Source: a virus
Lineage: Duplodnaviria; Caudoviricetes
Strand: one strand, 5' to 3'
Length of the DNA stretch: 24,921 nt
Virus record (IMG/VR): IMGVR_UViG_3300037761_000131
Coordinates: 1 to 24,921 of that record
The translations under genes and the position numbers were made by a program. Below, in pieces: positions 22,903-24,921 of this stretch. The notes beneath the pieces were generated by a model. It was not told where the DNA came from. It did no database searches and saw only the letters and a program-made list of their open reading frames with translations. How positions within the stretch are numbered: the first letter of the stretch is position 1; each line of letters starts with the position of its first letter.

Positions 22903-22990
22903 GCCCGCACCTTACCCGTGCGCTGACGCACGAAAATCATACGAACGGTTGACGTACTCGCATGAACGCGACTGTGTTATGGTCGCTCGC
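22903..22990. promoter_or_regulatory. Divergent lysis/lysogeny control region with two leaderless promoters
   Basis: Minus-strand TAAGGT 6 nt before ATG 22902. Plus-strand TGt-TATGGT 7 nt before ATG 22991. Imperfect repeats GCACGAA / ATACGAACG / GCATGAACG. Confidence 0.6.
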
Positions 22991-23272
22991 ATGACCGCCA
23001 CTACCGCCGCCAACGGTGGCACTCCTGCGACCAAGCGCCGGACGAAGCCCGCCGCCGCTGAGGCCCTGCTACCGGTGTCTGAGGTCGCCGAGTTGTGGCG
23101 GTGCAGTAGGCAACATATCTACAACTTGATCTCCACCGGCCAGCTGCGGTCGATCCAGGCGGGTGCCGCGAGGCAGGCGAAGACCCGCATCCCCGAGTCG
23201 GCGCTGGCCGAGTTCGTGGCCCGCCGGTCGGTGAAGGCGAAGACCGGACGCAAGCCGCGGGCTGCGGCATGA
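22991..23272 (+). CDS. Excisionase/Cro-like HTH_17 protein (93 aa)
   Basis: 'LLPVSEVAELWRCSRQHIYNLISTGQLRS...RIPESALAEFV' pattern; first rightward early gene. Confidence 0.85.
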   Translation: MTATTAANGGTPATKRRTKPAAAEALLPVSEVAELWRCSRQHIYNLISTGQLRSIQAGAARQAKTRIPESALAEFVARRSVKAKTGRKPRAAA

Positions 23273-23970
23273 GCACCCTGACCGAGGTTGAGTACGAAGC
23301 CGCGCTCGCTGATCTCGCGGAGTATGAGCGGCGGATCGCGGAGTCGGACAAGCTCGCGCAGCGGGACAGCCTGCGGGTCGCCGAGACGCTGGACCGGCTG
23401 TATCACGATCAGCGGTGGGTCGACGAGCGCAACGCCCAGCGCACCGCGACGGCGAAGACTGCCCGGGGCGCACGTAACGTTGACCCGACGTCCCGGTCCC
23501 AGTTCTCGACCTGGGTGCGAGACCGCTACAACCGCTTCGCACCCCAGCGCGTGTACCAGTTGCTCGACGCATATTCAATCCGGTCGAAGTTTCTCAACAA
23601 TGTAGAGGTACCGCCGGCTAGCGAAGGTCAGACCCGTCCGCTGAAGTCCCTACTTTCGGTGGCGAATGGACAGGGCGTGCGCATCCCTGAAGTGTGGGAC
23701 ATCGCCTGCAAGCTGGCCGCCGAGCAGTTGCGGGACCAACCGACCGCCGAGGATGTCAAGAACGCCATCGCCGAGTGGCGGCGTATCAACCTGCCACCGG
23801 CGGAGCGGCGCAAGGAGCGCGCCGAGGATCAGGCGTGGGTGCGCGAGCGCAAGGCCGAGGCCGCGTGGAAGGAACTTCTCCGTATCGGCGGGAGTGACCA
23901 GATCAACGCATTCCTCGCGGTCGTCAACCATGACGTCGAGCAACTGCACGCGACGCTGGAACGCCAATGA
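23269..23970 (+). CDS. Helical hypothetical protein, possibly DNA-binding
   Basis: 233 aa, ATGA-coupled. Contains HTH-like 'FSTWVRDRY...QRVYQLLDA' and 'P.SEGQ.RPL'. Confidence 0.65.
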   Translation: MSTLTEVEYEAALADLAEYERRIAESDKLAQRDSLRVAETLDRLYHDQRWVDERNAQRTATAKTARGARNVDPTSRSQFSTWVRDRYNRFAPQRVYQLLDAYSIRSKFLNNVEVPPASEGQTRPLKSLLSVANGQGVRIPEVWDIACKLAAEQLRDQPTAEDVKNAIAEWRRINLPPAERRKERAEDQAWVRERKAEAAWKELLRIGGSDQINAFLAVVNHDVEQLHATLERQ

Positions 23971-24401
23971 GTCGCCGTCCGGTCAAGCCGCCACCGAAGC
24001 CGCTCAACGCGGAGCTGTACTCGCCCGCGCAGGTCCTGGCGAGTCAGGGCCTGCTGCCCGCCGACCACGCCGCGTGGAACCTGAACGAGCGGGATGAAGC
24101 CCGCTACATCGCCGCAATGTCCATCCAACTCGTTCCCGAGTTTCGACCACCGACGCGCGAGGCCGTCGAGCGCGTGGTCGTGGGCTCGTGCGGCTGCGGC
24201 ACCCACTGGCGCGGCGAACTCGTATGCCACTGTGCGGCCTGCCACCTGACGTTCCGCTCGGGCGGTGGGTTCGACGAACACCGGACGGGCGGACGCTGCC
24301 GGACCGAGGCCGAACTGACGAAGCGGGGTCTTGAGCCCAACGCCGAAGGCCAGTGGCGACACCCCAGACCGCTGGACTCGATCCCCGGCCGATCCCCATG
24401 A
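23967..24401 (+). CDS. FDxHR-type putative zinc-binding protein
   Basis: CGC...HCAACHLTF....FDEHR....C motif. Confidence 0.7.
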   Translation: MSRRPVKPPPKPLNAELYSPAQVLASQGLLPADHAAWNLNERDEARYIAAMSIQLVPEFRPPTREAVERVVVGSCGCGTHWRGELVCHCAACHLTFRSGGGFDEHRTGGRCRTEAELTKRGLEPNAEGQWRHPRPLDSIPGRSP

Positions 24402-24766
24402 GCATCTACGTCCCGGCCGAATCGTCAGCACGCATCCAGGTGGCCATCGCCGAGACGGTACGTCGACAGGTCGAGCGCAAGTCGCTACGGGCGCAGATGG
24501 CCAGGGCCCGCCGAGTCGGCCTGAATCACAGACACCACAGCAAGCTCAGCCGAGAGGGAACGGACATGGCACGTCTCAGGGAGAAGCCCATCGAGATCGA
24601 GGCCGAGACGGAGGCCGCGAAGAGCTTCCGTCTCGCTGACGCCGGGCTGAACACGGCGATCCTGCACCTGCGCAAGTTGCGCACTATCCCGGCCGCCCGT
24701 GACGCGCTCAAGCTCGTGCGCCAGGCGCAGAACCTCGTGATGGACGCGGAGGAAGACGCCGAATAG
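24398..24766 (+). CDS. Hypothetical protein (122 aa), possible internal start at 24566
   Basis: ATGA-coupled start at 24398. GAGAGGGAA precedes the in-frame ATG 24566. Confidence 0.6.
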   Translation: MSIYVPAESSARIQVAIAETVRRQVERKSLRAQMARARRVGLNHRHHSKLSREGTDMARLREKPIEIEAETEAAKSFRLADAGLNTAILHLRKLRTIPAARDALKLVRQAQNLVMDAEEDAE

Positions 24767-24777
24767 CCCGCCTGACC

Positions 24778-24837
24778 GCCGCAGCCCCCCTGCGGCGCGG
24801 GCCTCCCGATCCCGCTTCCCCTGGGATCGGGAGGCCC
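24778..24837. other. Twin intergenic hairpins (7-bp and perfect 15-bp stems)
   Basis: GCCGCAG/CTGCGGC (24778-24796) and GGGCCTCCCGATCCC/GGGATCGGGAGGCCC (24799-24837). Followed by an A/C-rich tract, with no U-tract on +. Confidence 0.65.
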
Positions 24838-24872
24838 ACACAACAGCAGAGAAGCCAACCAAAGGACAAGCA

Positions 24873-24921
24873 GTGACGCTCGTATTTCTCGACACCGAAA
24901 CCACCGGACTCGCCGACGACT
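24873..24921 (+). CDS. DnaQ-like DEDDh 3'-5' exonuclease (3'-truncated by window)
   Basis: RBS AAAGGA, GTG, then TLVFLDTETTGL (ExoI motif). Confidence 0.8.
   Translation, partial: MTLVFLDTETTGLADD

Overview
High-GC temperate actinobacteriophage with a siphovirus-type tail, seen in its non-integrated form: phage genes lie on both sides of an attP whose core copies the 3' half of tRNA-Val(GAC). A filamentous actinomycete host is likely but is an inference. Left part (1-15.7 kb, + strand): two large beta-rich/fibre-like virion genes placed before an Ig-domain-extended head-tail adaptor, then tail terminator, a GT-B glycosyltransferase inside the tail module, a small major tail protein, a tail-completion-like gene, a tail assembly chaperone with a GGGAAAA -1 frameshift, tape measure, minor tail proteins and a lysis cassette. 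This late operon is interrupted by two antisense leaderless genes that share the motif TGTAGCGGGG (one flanked by a 17-bp duplication of the next gene's start), and by a two-gene RHH insert in the lysis cassette. Middle (15.8-21 kb): accessory region with DUF2637, an RHH regulator with palindromic operators, a lipoprotein, an Lsr2-like protein lacking its DNA-binding domain, and a GntR regulator with three palindromic operators and a long structured leader. Right part: attP, tyrosine integrase, repressor, excisionase/Cro-like gene and early genes, ending in a partial DEDDh exonuclease. All family calls come from motif recognition by eye; no searches were run.
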